A stretch of DNA of 61,530 nucleotides from Catajapyx aquilonaris (taxonomy: Eukaryota): the NCBI GenBank assembly GCA_000934665.2, contig KZ538571.1:1-61530 (forward strand). The letters run 5' to 3'. Made by a program: the position numbers and the translations under genes. Below are positions 34,972 to 48,148 of this stretch, piece by piece. Numbering within the stretch: the stretch's first letter is position 1; each line of letters opens with the position of its first letter. Under the pieces are notes generated by a model that saw only the letters and a program-made list of their open reading frames with translations, was not told the DNA's origin and ran no database searches.

Positions 34972-37900
34972 TCTTCTGTGGACTAGTAAGTTGCCATGGA
35001 GACCAGTTGCCATGATAACCCGTTGCTATGGACAAACAGACAAACTTTCCCTTATATTATGTCAGATTCATCAAGTGAGGAGCTTTCTGTTAGTTTCATT
35101 GCTGATCAGTAGGCTAAACTATAGTAGTGAACCCGCTGCCAAATTTTGGCAACACTGCCCGGCCCGCACTTGGACGTATAGCCTGTAGTCCCTATACAGT
35201 ATGATATGCCACAACCAGATGGCGCACATCCTCCCTCTCTGCACACTAATGCCCTCTGAGAAGGAATGTTACGTACTACATGCACGTTGGTGATGAGTCA
35301 GCGCGTGTATAGGGACAAAGTCATGCCAAGCCAATTCTATACATGATTCAGCGCATTCGGCAGGTTGTCACAATCGCAATTGTTTAAAACCGCGAAGGAA
35401 ACTCACAATCCGCTTACACCAGTTTAGAAAGAGAGAAAAAAATTACGACAAAAGTGTGTTAGTATAGTCCTTATTGGGAGGCACATGGCGCAGTGTCGAG
35501 TTCAGAGGATCGGCCCTTATTATAACATACATACACGTCAGAGGCGAGTGTTCTTTAGGGCCACGCCTCCCCCAACGTTACGCATAAAAGACCCATTAGG
35601 GTGTATTATAGGATAATCTGCCTCGGCCTCAGCCCGGCTGTCCCTCGGCGTCTGCAATTAGCACCATCCCCGCACTCTTCACCCCGGGGCCAATCGCCCC
35701 CCCTTCGATGCCCCCTCCTGCAATTGCCGCCTATCATCGGGACCCCCCCTCCTTTGATAGAGTTATACGCACGTAACCTGAGAGGATCTCCGCTGATCAC
35801 ACAGGGTGGTCCACTCTCCAGAACATCTCTACACAAACATGGGACCTCATCAGGTGCCTATCTAAAATCATTACGAAACAATCTTTCGCATCAGAGGAAT
35901 CCAACCGATTTCTTCTCTTTTTTAACCGGTTGCTGGAACAAACACTCACCTTTTCCCTTCCTCTTGAACCGGACCTGTGCACCACCCTGTACAAGAGTGG
36001 GGCGTAACCATTTGCCAGCCCAATTTTATCAAGAGGGTTGGGGAAAAGGGGGGGTCGATGAATCCCAAACATTTGGCAGCCCCAGCACTTGATCCGCACT
36101 CAATAATCATTGTCGAGCACCATAAGGATCAACACCCTTTTTTGTCAGGCAAGCTGTTGTCCAAAGGTCTGTCATAACCCATCAATATTATTTTTTGATA
36201 ACCAATCAACGCCTGATCCCCTATACTCAAATTAGCTATATGAAAGATGTGAACGTTTTTGTCGCAAACTTCTCTTATTTATGTGTGAAGAACCCTGCTA
36301 GTAATTAATACATGAAATGGTCGCAGTGGAGAGCGGTGTATATAGACCAGTAGTTGACACCAAAAAAAAAAACACCTTAACCGGATTCCTTCACAACTCT
36401 GGGAGAAATGGAGCTGTTAGCCCTGGCTCTGATCGGTAGCATGAGAGAAATATTTACCTGAGCAGCAAAAAAGGAAGAGGTGGGCCGTCCCTGTAATTTG
36501 AGTCGGCGCCATGCATATAAGACACTGGGGCGGAGGCGAGCCCTAATTAACGTCCAGGAGGCGCATTTTTAACGCGTCACTCTACAAAATAGGCCCCGAT
36601 GGTAATTTAGTCCTCATGGTGCTTGACACTTGGTGTGTCCTCCCAAAAATTCCTAAGGCTCGTACATATCAGGGCGGCGGCGGAGTCAGGATCATTTGAG
36701 TTGAGTAATGCGAAACTGACTGTGTGATGCCCCGGAAATTTCTCATGTTGCAAATCCAGCTGCACAGTTGCAAAACGGTCGACTCGGCCTTTGAACGGAT
36801 AAAACTTTATGAAATTGCTGTTAATAATGTGTTGTAGGGCTACTTGGTATTTCCAGAAATTAACTGGATCTTTCAAATTCATTAAAATTCAACATGTAGC
36901 CTTATTTTCGAAATGTCAAAATTATTTCAAATTATTCCATTTTTATATCAATATATTATGTAATTTTTCAAATTATACCTTATCAAAATTAGACAATTTT
37001 TCAATATTACATCAATATTATTTCATTATTTCCAATGTTTTCAAAATTTATTTCATCATTTCAAATGTTTTCAAACTTATTTTTCATTTTCATATTTTTC
37101 AAGAAAGATTATTTCAAAATATAGCCTAAAACATTAAAAATAATAAATTGCATATGCTGCTGTTGTGTACTATTTTTGCTATCTTTATGTATGAGTAATT
37201 GATCATTACAATAAAGTTGTTATAGCAACTAATAATTAAATCCATTCAGTTTGGACCGCGGCGCGGGTTAGAGTTTACAATAAGGTTCAATGCCCGATAC
37301 CATCAACCTATGCATTTTCTACGAATATGCCTAGAAAGCTCTATGCGATATATGCTGCAGGACTTTCTTGTTCTTGCAGTCAACATGATTTTTTGGTCCC
37401 TTATTCGCAGTCTCCCGCATTGGTTACCCGGCAACAAATCTCATTCGAATTTGCAAAGAAAGGCACTCTCGGGTCAAAAATTGATGCAATTTCTATAATC
37501 GCGTTTCGCGTACATCATTTTGTTGCTTGCTACAGCAGAGCAAAATTTACCAAATAAATAAATAATGGTGTTCCAATTTGCATGAACACAAGCCATTCCC
37601 GACTTTCCGCCCTAATCTGGTTGCTATATTAAAGCAGCTAGGTTATACTCTTGCACAGTTACTTTTAGTGTTTATACGGGAATCTTGCGCCGAATATTAG
37701 GCCGAATTGAGTCTTCTATATTCCATTTGTCTGAATTGCGATGAACTTTCGATTGGGAGTGGCCCATTGCAACAACTTGCATCGAACGCCAATGATAGAA
37801 CCTATCAGTTTTGAAGGCTTTATCAATAAGGATTGGTCCATCCAATCTAATATTTTATAGCAGCTAATATGCCTACTTTGATAACCACTGCTTAATAGTG

Positions 37901-39214
37901 CTTCAAGGAGGCTATGCAAATGCTAAAAATATACCTTTAGCAATGGGACACATTTTAAAAAGAAATAGTGTAATTAAAATTAAAGGGATAAACAGCATTT
38001 TTGATAGGGTATATCATGATCCGACAACAATAAAGATGGTCATCCATCCATCCATCGAGCAGCTGTGTATATACATATAGAAGGCGCCGCCGCCGTCTGG
38101 CTTTTTTTCCTCCCCCATCAGCATCACTTCTGGTGCTGCTGTCTCGTCCTCCTGCTGCCCTCCCCATGACGGCAGCCCGCTCCTCTCTTTTCCTCCTCCA
38201 CCGTCCCCTGTAATTGGGTTATCAAGCTACTCAGCTTTCTTGCCAGTGCTTTTTGATGGCTAGGAAAGGGCAAATTTGATTAGCCCGGTCGCATCGTGTT
38301 GCCAAGGTGTCAAAAGGGAATATTGATTTACACCCCCAGCGACACCAGAGCAAAATTTGTAATCACAAGGGAGGCGGGCTTTTCCTTCTCAGCAGGAAAA
38401 TGGACCTCTCGCCGCCTCTTCAAATCAAGTTTGCCTTCCCTCCCCTCCTCCCCAATTATTATTATATACCCGGGACACCAGCAGCACCAGCAGACACTCT
38501 GCTGCTGATGCTACACTGCTGGGGCTGTTATGTATATATATCTAACGGTGGTATACTGATGCTGTGGAGCACAAACAGCCCTCTCTTCCTCCCTTTGACA
38601 CTATATACCTTCCTCAAATGCTGGGGGCTCTCACGAGGTTAACCTCAGCATTTTCACACCCCGTGCGCCGCAGCACTTGCCTCTGGACAAATTGACTTGG
38701 ATGTCACGTCGGACCAAGTGCTGCGGCACTTTGTTTCGGGAACACTGTCCTAGAATGGGAGGCAAATGTTGACTTAACGCGTGTATAGGCCTTGGTTCAT
38801 TTGCGCTCCCAAGGCTTCAGATCTGATGCACCTGTTTGTTAGTTATTCCATCTGGTTGCGGCCTGTTGAGTACGTACCCAGGTCATGATCAAATGAGGAA
38901 ATTAAACATTGCATATGTAAAAAAACAAAAAAACAAATTGACTCAAATTATGACCAGGAGTAATTTTTGGCAGAACATGATTTTTCTTAACACCAATCCA
39001 GCAGCAAGTCCTATAAACACATTCAATTGCCGCTTTGCCTTATGATAATAAGCACACAATTGTGGGTCTGAAATGGGCCTTACAAAAGTATCCTGCCCCC
39101 ACGCAGAAATGTAAAAGAATCCTCTCAATATTAAGGGAGAAGCCCACCTTTTACGTCGCACAAAGATCCCCTAATCGTCTGGTGGTCACGAACGCGACCC
39201 GGAAGAAGGAGGGG

Positions 39215-39219
<5 letters not shown>

Positions 39220-39261
<42 letters not shown>

Positions 39262-39432
39262 NNNNNNNNNNNNNNNNNNNNNNNNNNNNNNNNNNNNNNN
39301 NNNNNNNNNNNNNNNNNNNNNNNNNNNNNNNNNNNNNNNNNNNNNNNNNNNNNNNNNNNNNNNNNNNNNNNNNNNNNNNNNNNNNNNNNNNNNNNNNNNN
39401 NNNNNNNNNNNNNNNNNNNNNNNNNNNNNNNN
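39220..39432. repeat. (GA)n microsatellite running into an assembly gap (N run 39262-39432)
   Basis: GA run followed directly by Ns. Confidence 0.9.
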
Positions 39433-40411
39433 GCCTAAAAGCCCCCCCCCCTCCCTCTCTCTCTCCATCCCCCTCCAATCATAACTAGGCCTGGTCAAAT
39501 GATTGGGAGGCTTCTCCATCACAACCGATCCGTGAAGCGCACCCGTGTGTATATAGTCCATATTACTATAACGGCCTCTTCTGATGCTATAAACCCCACT
39601 CCAGCACACACAACAATATAAAGCCTCCCGTTTTGTGTGTGTACCAAGGCGATAAGCACTTCATCTTCCACTTTTGTGGCCGACGACGCCCAATTATGTT
39701 TTTGCCAACTTGATTTTTACTCCACCCCGCTGCCTTCGACCCTATTATACAGGGTGTGCCATAAAGACCAGCACAACGTCCTGTCCTGTGGATTCCTTTA
39801 TGAAGAAGTGTTGTCTGTCTCCAAAGTATGGGTTACTGAAGCAATAATTAGTGTATAAAAAGTGCCTACTGCACACCAGAAAAATTACTGTTTGTTAATT
39901 TACCTGTATTAATACAAAGAAAATTATGATGAAAAGGCCGTGAGCTCTTACAATAACGTTCAAGTAGATTTGATCGTCTCCATCGCATCTTTCAACTACT
40001 AGTGTATATAGCCTACTCGTACATAGAAATGATGCCGCGAAAGAATGAACTTATGTGATTAAATAATTGTGCATTCCCGGGAGCAAAGTGTCCAAAAGCC
40101 TTGCATTGGGGTGTAAATAAGCTAAATAAAAATATAAACATGCCTTCTACATAATAATACTCCATAATTTATAGATTCAGATTATGTGCCTGCTGCGCCT
40201 ATATGGTAACGTGCTGTATATTAAATTAAAATTACATGGCAACAACTACATTCTGGGGCAGAAACGGACGCCTGGAGACATGCGAAAACATTGCACATGT
40301 GTTTCGTAAGTTAGTTCACATCCGAATCGGTCATAATCTCTCTGAAGCTAATAATTTTCGTTCGCTCCTATATGTTTGGTATAGTGATTTACTTTTTAAC
40401 TCCGAAGATTA

Positions 40412-40493
40412 AGTCCGCGGGATTTCTTATGGACATTTCGACAATGATGACATGTCATCATTGTCGAAATGTCCATAAGAAATCCCGCGGACT
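40412..40493. repeat. Perfect 82-bp palindrome with no spacer
   Basis: AGTCCGCGGGATTTCTTATGGACATTTCGACAATGATGACA|TGTCATCATTGTCGAAATGTCCATAAGAAATCCCGCGGACT. Confidence 0.95.
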
Positions 40494-43400
40494 GAGGTGC
40501 GCACCTCTACATAAAATGATCCTGTGGCATCCAGTACAAGTTATTACCCTCTGATGTCAATGGAGCACCCTGTACTTTTTGGCGCATGTGTGTGTGTTGC
40601 TCTGCCATGGCGCGGCCAAGCGTGAGGATTTAATTGATAGCCCGGGCCGAGGTTGCAATCTGGTCTTTCCGAGCCGCTGCCTCTCAATCAATATAACGTG
40701 GTGGCCCCTGGAGGGAAAAGGAAAGTCCGGGGGATATATAGAGGGAGAGTCTGCTGGCTGCTGGCTGGACAAGATGGCCGCTCCAATCCGGACCCGCAGG
40801 TTTATCAAGGGAGAAAAGGGAGTTACGGATGGTCACCCACCACCCCCTGGCTCGCCGGCGTATTATTTGCGCTAATCCGCTTTCAGTTACGCTCTTTTTA
40901 TCCACCCTCGCAGGAGGTCACGCCCATCTCCCCCCAAAGCAAAGTCTCCTGGGGAAAAACCCCGTGTCTATTGTATACGGATCCCCGGGTCGCTCCGGAG
41001 GAAAGTAGTTTTCTTTTCGCGCTTATGTTTCGTTTATTCCAGGTGAGCTGCGTGAATCAAGCTGTGAGTCAGAGGCGCCCGCAGGTAAAACGTCTGATGC
41101 CAACTGAAGTCACCATTAGAATCTGACAATGCTGTGCAACAGAATCAAGCAGTCGAATCTGAATCCCCATGAATTGTTGTGTGGTATATTCGCTAATTTG
41201 GATCACGTGAGCATCATGGCTGGCAGTTCAGCAGTTAAATACCTTTTAAGTATAATCAGGTATAATCCTCCCTCAACTGCTGTATAATGCAAAACGGCAT
41301 CGGAGGCCTGACTGATGTAAACGGGGCTCTCGAGAGGTCTGGCGCATCTCAATTAAGTGACTGCAGGGCGGGAAAGGCGTTACCAGCGAAATTTTGGTAC
41401 ACACAGGACATTGTCCCATTTGACTTTCTGGTTCAGCCGCAAGGGCAACAGTAAATAATGCAGGCTCGAGCTATATAACGGGCTACAGCGAACAACAGTA
41501 TACAGCACAACACTGCAGAAACTCACAAGTTTGTGCAACTAAATATATATAGGGGCCTCCGAAACACTTTGTTCGCACAATGCTGCCTCCAAACTGCTGT
41601 CATGTATAGCGAAAGTTATGCTCCAGTTAGCAGCACTCGTGTAATTTATTAGAAATATAACAGTTGGAATTGTTGAAAGGTTTGCTAAATGGTATTTCAT
41701 ATTATACAGTGCACAACAACTCATCAGGAACCAAGTAGGCTCCTATATACATTGTCTTTCTATTGCATAGGCTATAATTACTTGCCTATATAGTATAGCA
41801 TATATTCAGATTTGGCATAATCATATCAGATGCTATTAATATTTTGGTATCTGACCTGCGCAAATGTGTCCGCTCGTCGCTCGATGTCTACGAGACGAGA
41901 TCGTATGACGCTGTACCAACCTACCCCATGACCTAAACTTCCTTCTTTGCGGATACAGGCCTATCTTTCAGCGGATACACGCGGGGAAGAAATACCAACG
42001 CGGAGAAGGAAAGTGAGACCGAACTTTTGAGGTCGGTCGCTGATAGTCTCATGGTAAACCAATATTGCACAAAAAAATGAAACATGTCTACTGTATCATA
42101 GTATTCTGCCGTGTGCAGTTGAGGAAAATTTTGTCAGGAGTGGAAACATCAGTGCAATGCAAAAGACACCATGGCTGCTGATGCTGGGGAGAAGCAAAGT
42201 CGGGGAGGGCTTGTTTGAATTGCGGTAACAGGCAGGAGAGTATTGAGTTAGGGGAGGCGGGGTGTGAGGCTTGAAAGCACAAACCCCCCCCCCCCCCTCC
42301 TCCTCATACCCTCCACCTTTCCACCCCCAACATCGCCTCCATGCTGCTCCCTTCAAAGTGATGGAATGTCGAGTGTTTGACTGCTTCCCCCTATTGTGTC
42401 CATGGAACTAACCAAAGGCATCTCTGCTGGAATGCATCCCCCCCCCTCTCTGCTTGCTGCTGGCTTCAGCACAATGCACGTCTATATGCCCCGTATACAC
42501 ATATCTACACACCCTACACACACCAAGCGGATCCGTGTCATGGCCGACTTGGCATCCTCAACAGCCACAAGTGCGTCACGCCGTGCTTTTCAAAATGGCC
42601 ACAATTTCTAACCAATTTTTTTCTCTCTCTATCCCCATCCATCCCCTGATTCCCTCCTGTCCCCCCGTATATAACACCCCCCCAGGAGGTGTATTGAAAA
42701 CGAATGGCGTTTTGCCGCCCGGGTAGCTGGATCCACATTGATTTGGCCCGTTGAATTGTTTGGGCTTCATTATGCCATATGCAATTACCCCCTAATGCGA
42801 TTTGACTAGCTATAATATTTGACAGCGAGAACCATCCCGATGAATCAGTCCCATCAATCCTATGGTTACATTATAGTGATGAAACACCCGGCCATGCACT
42901 TTGGGCCTCTGTGCTCTCTAGGTACTTATTTCCAGTGGTTTTCCACTCTTTGTCCAGCACGCGACAGCCCGATTTCCAAAACGATCAGAATCATATTTTG
43001 TTCAAAATATACAGCAGTCCTTGACGCTTACCGTACTTTATGATGTCAATTATCTATCATTTATGAGTCAACTGATACAGCCTAACTGACAATCATGGAG
43101 GTTGATTTCACTCAAAACAAGTCAGTGCAATATTTCAAGAGTGTAACCAACTGTAAGCAGAAAACAACTCCAAAATAATTTACAGAGTGTGTCGGTCAGT
43201 TGAGGTTGTGAGAAGCAGCAGAATGCTGCAACTGATGGAGAGCAATTGAGCGCGTTCGGTCCCAAATGTATCCCGGCAGAGAGGATCGGACATCAATCAG
43301 GACTCCAAAGCACGTCTGGGGCTGCAACGATCGCTCTCTTCTTCCTTGTGTTTACGGCAACAGTCGTGCCCTTCCAGCACAACTAGGAGCCCGGCAGGAA

Positions 43401-46400
43401 ACAACACGCGAAAAAAAAAAACACACAAAAGTCCAAAGGAAAAACAGACCAGCAAACGTCGAGCATGCATCTACAACTGCAGAAGCTCCTTTCGATCCAC
43501 TTCATTGCACAAAAAAGGAAGTTAAGTCCCTTATTGAAACATCAATCAATGCGATATCAACTCAGTACAAAGGAAAATTTGTTCAAGTGCATTATTTACA
43601 AATCATAATCATATATTTTATTTTAATTTAAATGACTCTCTTCTTCTGACGACTGCTCCTTTTTTTCTCATCATGAAGGAGCGTTCCCAGAGTCTCCAAA
43701 AAATCTTAAACCGGGTTCATATTTCATCTGGCGGGTTGTCTGAATGAAGATTGGCAGCAGAGGAAGCAGGGTTTCAGATCACGTTCGGCCTGGGCATCAA
43801 ACACATATCGCTACCCGAGCGATTCTGGCCGCCAAACATCCGACAAATAGAATCATATTGGAAGGGCTTACATCGACAAACAGAGTGAGCAGTCCTGACA
43901 CAACCGGAAGATCAAAACTCACTTTGCTCATCCTTTTTTTCCCTCCTTATCTTTTCTTCAAAGGGGATGAAGGAAGGGTGGGGAGAGTTTTTAAAAAGAC
44001 TGCAGAGTAAGCTTCTTTTCCTGCGAAGAATTATCAAAGGCAAACAAGAAGTGACACAACATTAATTTAATCGCTTTTTTCATCCTGTCTATACACTGGT
44101 TTAGAAGGTCGTGACAAAAAAATAATATTGACGTGGTTTTTTTTTTGGTTCATAAATAAGGGACTTGTAGGCCTAACACAATGTACACTGTCTTGCTAAA
44201 CAAGTGGCATGTATAATTGAAATAGTTTCAACTATTTACATTTTTAACAAAAAAAATGCATTTTACCGAAATGAAAATGTGGATAATGAGACAATGGTGA
44301 CAACACAAGTTGAGACATCTACACAATAATCACTGCACCTTTTTTTTCAGAGCTAAATGCGACCTGAAAATTCAGACCGAAGCACTGAGATAAATCGAAG
44401 TGACATTGTTATGATTTACACAGCACATGATACTTTTCCAGTCAAAAAAAAGCCTGATGGACGCCGCATCATTACATTGAAATGCCTGTAATAGACGACG
44501 CATTATTTGAGCGGTATACGAGCATCACATAGGACCAGCAGTCCGTTGTTTTCAAAAGCTACAACAGGGTATCACCATCCACAACAGCCTCAATTACATT
44601 TTGGAATTGTGCTGGGGCACAAGAGAGGCGTATATTATCGTAAACTCCTCTTTTGTGGCCCTTTTTGTTGGACCCCCTCCTCTCCAAAAACGGACACAGG
44701 ATAATCCACCGTGATGCTAATCGTATATCCGCTTTTTAGCGCGTGCAATTGTTGAAAAGAGAAGTTATACGGTGTAAGCCTACATAATGACACAGTACAC
44801 CCTTTCGGAAAAAAAAACCGGTGAAATTTTACGCGCAGCTCAGACTTTTAATTGTTACGAATTTAGCACATTTTACAACGCGGTCTAAAAATTATTGCAA
44901 ACAGGATGTTCAACCATTGCATTTTTCGGTGGGCGAATTAGCAGAATTTCAAAAATATTAGTCGCAAAATTTTGAACAGAAATTTGCATAAAATAACGAC
45001 TGATGCAGCAAAAATGTAACATACGTCGTAAGTTATAGTCGGTATAATAGACATAGTATGAGTTTCAATTAGCAGATTATTTCTTCATCTCAGTGCTTCA
45101 GTATAAACCGGAAAATATTCACCGGTAAAGTGATATCACACGAACATTAATTTAAACAAATGCTTCTTTTATATCACAAGAGAAAAAAGTTCGAGTCAGT
45201 GAAAGATTGAAAATAATTTTCACATCATCTGTCATGAACATCTAAAAGGGGGACATAAAATCAGTGTGAAAAAAAGCAGAGAAAGAAAGAGTATATAGGC
45301 CTACTTAATATTATTATATAGATCTATTCAGAAAATGGTTTCCTGGTCATTGTTTTCATACCCTACCACACGACAAGGATCAAAATTTTCATACGTATAT
45401 AAGTTAAATATAACTACAAGACTTTTACCGGTATCAACAATATTTTTCCTACACAGTATAGACGACACCAGTGCAACAATGGGGTAAATAATAATAGTAA
45501 TTATGCGTGTAAAGTTGTTACAATTTACGTTGGGTCATACCAGGCCATAAATCATGTTAAACTCACCAACAGTTGCGCATTTTCAGAACAATAAAGTTAA
45601 GGAGATAAATGACACCATTAAGCAGGTCATTTATATTCTCTGGAAAATGCGGAAGAAACGTAACTTACTGTATATTGTCTGACAGAAGTAATTTTCATTT
45701 TAACCAAGTTATCTTTGGCAAATTAGTCGACCTCCCGTATTATTCCATCAAGCTAATTTTATATATTTCCAAGTTTGGAAAAAAAAAATATTATATATGC
45801 CAGTAAGAGTACAACCTTTTTTTTGGGTAAGAGAGTGCCAAAAAAATTCATACAATCATGTGTTTCTTCAAACTTGGGACAAATAAAGTTAGCTTGATTG
45901 AATAATGCCGATTTTTCATATAGATATCTCGCCAAAATGAAATGCATGTACGAGCTAAAGGTTTCGGTTTGTTCAAATTTGCGAAGAAATCAGTTAAATG
46001 AACTTAAGCAAATTATGCTGCTGATCTTAAAATTAACTCGGTTTAAACTGAAAGCAAAGTAGTTAAATAATTTCGCATTTCACAACTTCCACTGTAATAA
46101 TTATTGCAAGAAAAATATTCATTTTAAAAAGGTGGTTGGTTATTAGCGTAATCAGATGCGTACTTTTTGTCACATACTTATTCACAATCATGTTATTAGG
46201 AGTTGGCTCCAATACTTTCAATGAAAATTATTACATATAATCAGGAATAATCAGAATTAACAGTACGCCATACAGTATTTGAAACCCTGAAATGAAGAAC
46301 GATCAGAGTCAATAAACATTTTCTGATTTTGAGATGCTGTGAACGCTTGTTGAAGTTTACCATATACAAATTACAGTATATGCCTTTTATGATTTTTCTT

Positions 46401-46846
46401 CATAAATTTATCGCTAAGAGGCTGTAATTTTTTTCAAAAAAACTGAAAGTACCGGCCAATGTGTACATTCAACAATGCCTAACTCAATAATTTTAATCAA
46501 ATGTTACTCTGGTCGTTCTGAATTTCACTCCTTCATTTACGGACTCACACAGCTCAAAATAATGTATGAGTACTTGTGCATGCGAAGAAAATGTCACTTT
46601 TTTGGTGAGTTTAACCTGCTTTATACGGCAAGACATCAATTATTATTATGCTGTACAACTGTGTTCAAACAATTAGGCTTACCGCAAGGGCAAAGCCATA
46701 TTAATCTGATAAACATCCTAAGCGGGGGGGAAACTCGAAGTGAACATATTTTTATACAACAATGTCATTAAACAGAAGGTGTCGATGATTACCTTACCCC
46801 AAAATCATCATCAAGTGTCGCAAGTGTTTCATCACTGTCACCCACT

Positions 46847-48148
46847 TTAATGTTTGTCTCTGGTGAGGTCCTTTGGCAGCCCTTGCGTGCTGTCCACCAC
46901 CGAACTGTGCACAGATTGCTTCAGGTGCTCGTAGTACCGGTTCAGCTCTTCGACCGACGCGAACGACGCCGTGAAGACCCGATGCAAAGTGGAGGACACC
47001 ATGGCCGAAGCCGGCGGCGTCCTCTCCTGTTCTTCTGGTCCTCTGGCGACACCCCACAGGCCAGCCTCCGGTTTGGTCTGGAAGTACCCGGGCAGACGTA
47101 TGGGCGGCCCCTGGGGCGAACCGGCCCGCTCGTCGTTGCTGCCCTGGTTAGTCGGCGACGATCTTGGGCTGGCTTCGGGCCGGTCCTCCGTCACAACGTC
47201 AATGTCCTCGTCGTCTTCGGATGCGGAGACCAGTTTGGGCAGCTTTGGAGGCGCCGACACCGACGGCGCGTCGTCGTCGGGAGCTAGCAGGCTGGCCATG
47301 TCGAACTGTCGCTTCTTTGGGCCGACAGTGGTCAGGTGCTCCTTGTCTTCCAGCCTAGGGGCGGCCCACGGGGCAGGGATGGCCGGCTGGGGAGGTGGAG
47401 GTGGCGACGGAGGTGGTGTAGGACTCGGGGAGTCTTCGTCATCGACGGCTAAACCCATGTGCTTCCGTACCTTCCTCTGCGCTTTCCTCCGACGGAAGTC
47501 ACCCTTCTTGAAGTCCTCCAGGTTGGCCGGATGGATGGCCCAGTAGTGACCTTTCCCATTGGCGCTGCGACCCGCCTTGATGAAGCAGTCGTTCAGGCTC
47601 AGGTTGTGCCGGATGCTGTTGCGCCAACCGGGTCCTCTGCTCCTGAAGTACGCGTAGTTGTCCAGGATGTACTGGTAAATGTCGCTCAGCACCAGCTTCT
47701 TGTCAGGGGAGCTCAGGATGGCCATGGCTATCAGTCCGATGTAGCTGTGCTGCGGCTTCGGCTCTTCCTGCGCCCGGTACAGCCTCGGGTCGTACTTGAA
47801 GTACGGGTACAGCGAGAAGTCCTGCGGCCTCGGGGCCAGTCCGCCCGTGGGGTACGGCGAGGGCAGGGCCAGGGCAGGGTGGGCAAACCGGAGACGTTCG
47901 GCCACGGCGTAGTTGTACAGCTGGATTCGGTAGTGGTCCAGCGCTGCTTGAGGAAGGAGGCTGCCAGGAGGTGCCGCGGCCGTGGCGGCTCCGGATGACC
48001 CCGGTGCTGCCATGTGATGCGCGGGTGCCGTGGATGCTCCGGCCCCTTCGCTGATCTGCTTCAAGGTGCCCAAAGCGTACGGGATCATCGCAGCCGGAGC
48101 AGCGACCGGTGCGCCCAGTCTGCTGGCCTGACTCTCGTTGCTGCACAT
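46847..48148 (-). CDS. FoxQ2: Forkhead transcription factor FoxQ2 (Drosophila fd102C-like), single coding exon, ~433 aa
   Basis: Forkhead domain EPKPQHSYIGLIAMAILSSPDKKLVLSDIYQYILDNYAYFRSRGPGWRNSIRHNLSLNDCFIKAGRSANGKGHYWAIHPANLEDFKKGDFRRRKAQRKVRKHMGLAV is typical of FoxQ2. EH1-like motif FDMASLL lies C-terminal to the domain. First in-frame ATG is at 48148 (MCSNES...). Confidence 0.93.
   Translation of the reverse strand: MCSNESQASRLGAPVAAPAAMIPYALGTLKQISEGAGASTAPAHHMAAPGSSGAATAAAPPGSLLPQAALDHYRIQLYNYAVAERLRFAHPALALPSPYPTGGLAPRPQDFSLYPYFKYDPRLYRAQEEPKPQHSYIGLIAMAILSSPDKKLVLSDIYQYILDNYAYFRSRGPGWRNSIRHNLSLNDCFIKAGRSANGKGHYWAIHPANLEDFKKGDFRRRKAQRKVRKHMGLAVDDEDSPSPTPPPSPPPPPQPAIPAPWAAPRLEDKEHLTTVGPKKRQFDMASLLAPDDDAPSVSAPPKLPKLVSASEDDEDIDVVTEDRPEASPRSSPTNQGSNDERAGSPQGPPIRLPGYFQTKPEAGLWGVARGPEEQERTPPASAMVSSTLHRVFTASFASVEELNRYYEHLKQSVHSSVVDSTQGLPKDLTRDKH

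Noticed and set aside
36840..37130. 106-aa F/I/N-rich ORF
   Set aside because: AT-rich low-complexity TTTCAAA repeats, not a credible gene.
46850..47998. Several long + strand ORFs
   Set aside because: They are antisense to the GC-rich FoxQ2 coding sequence.
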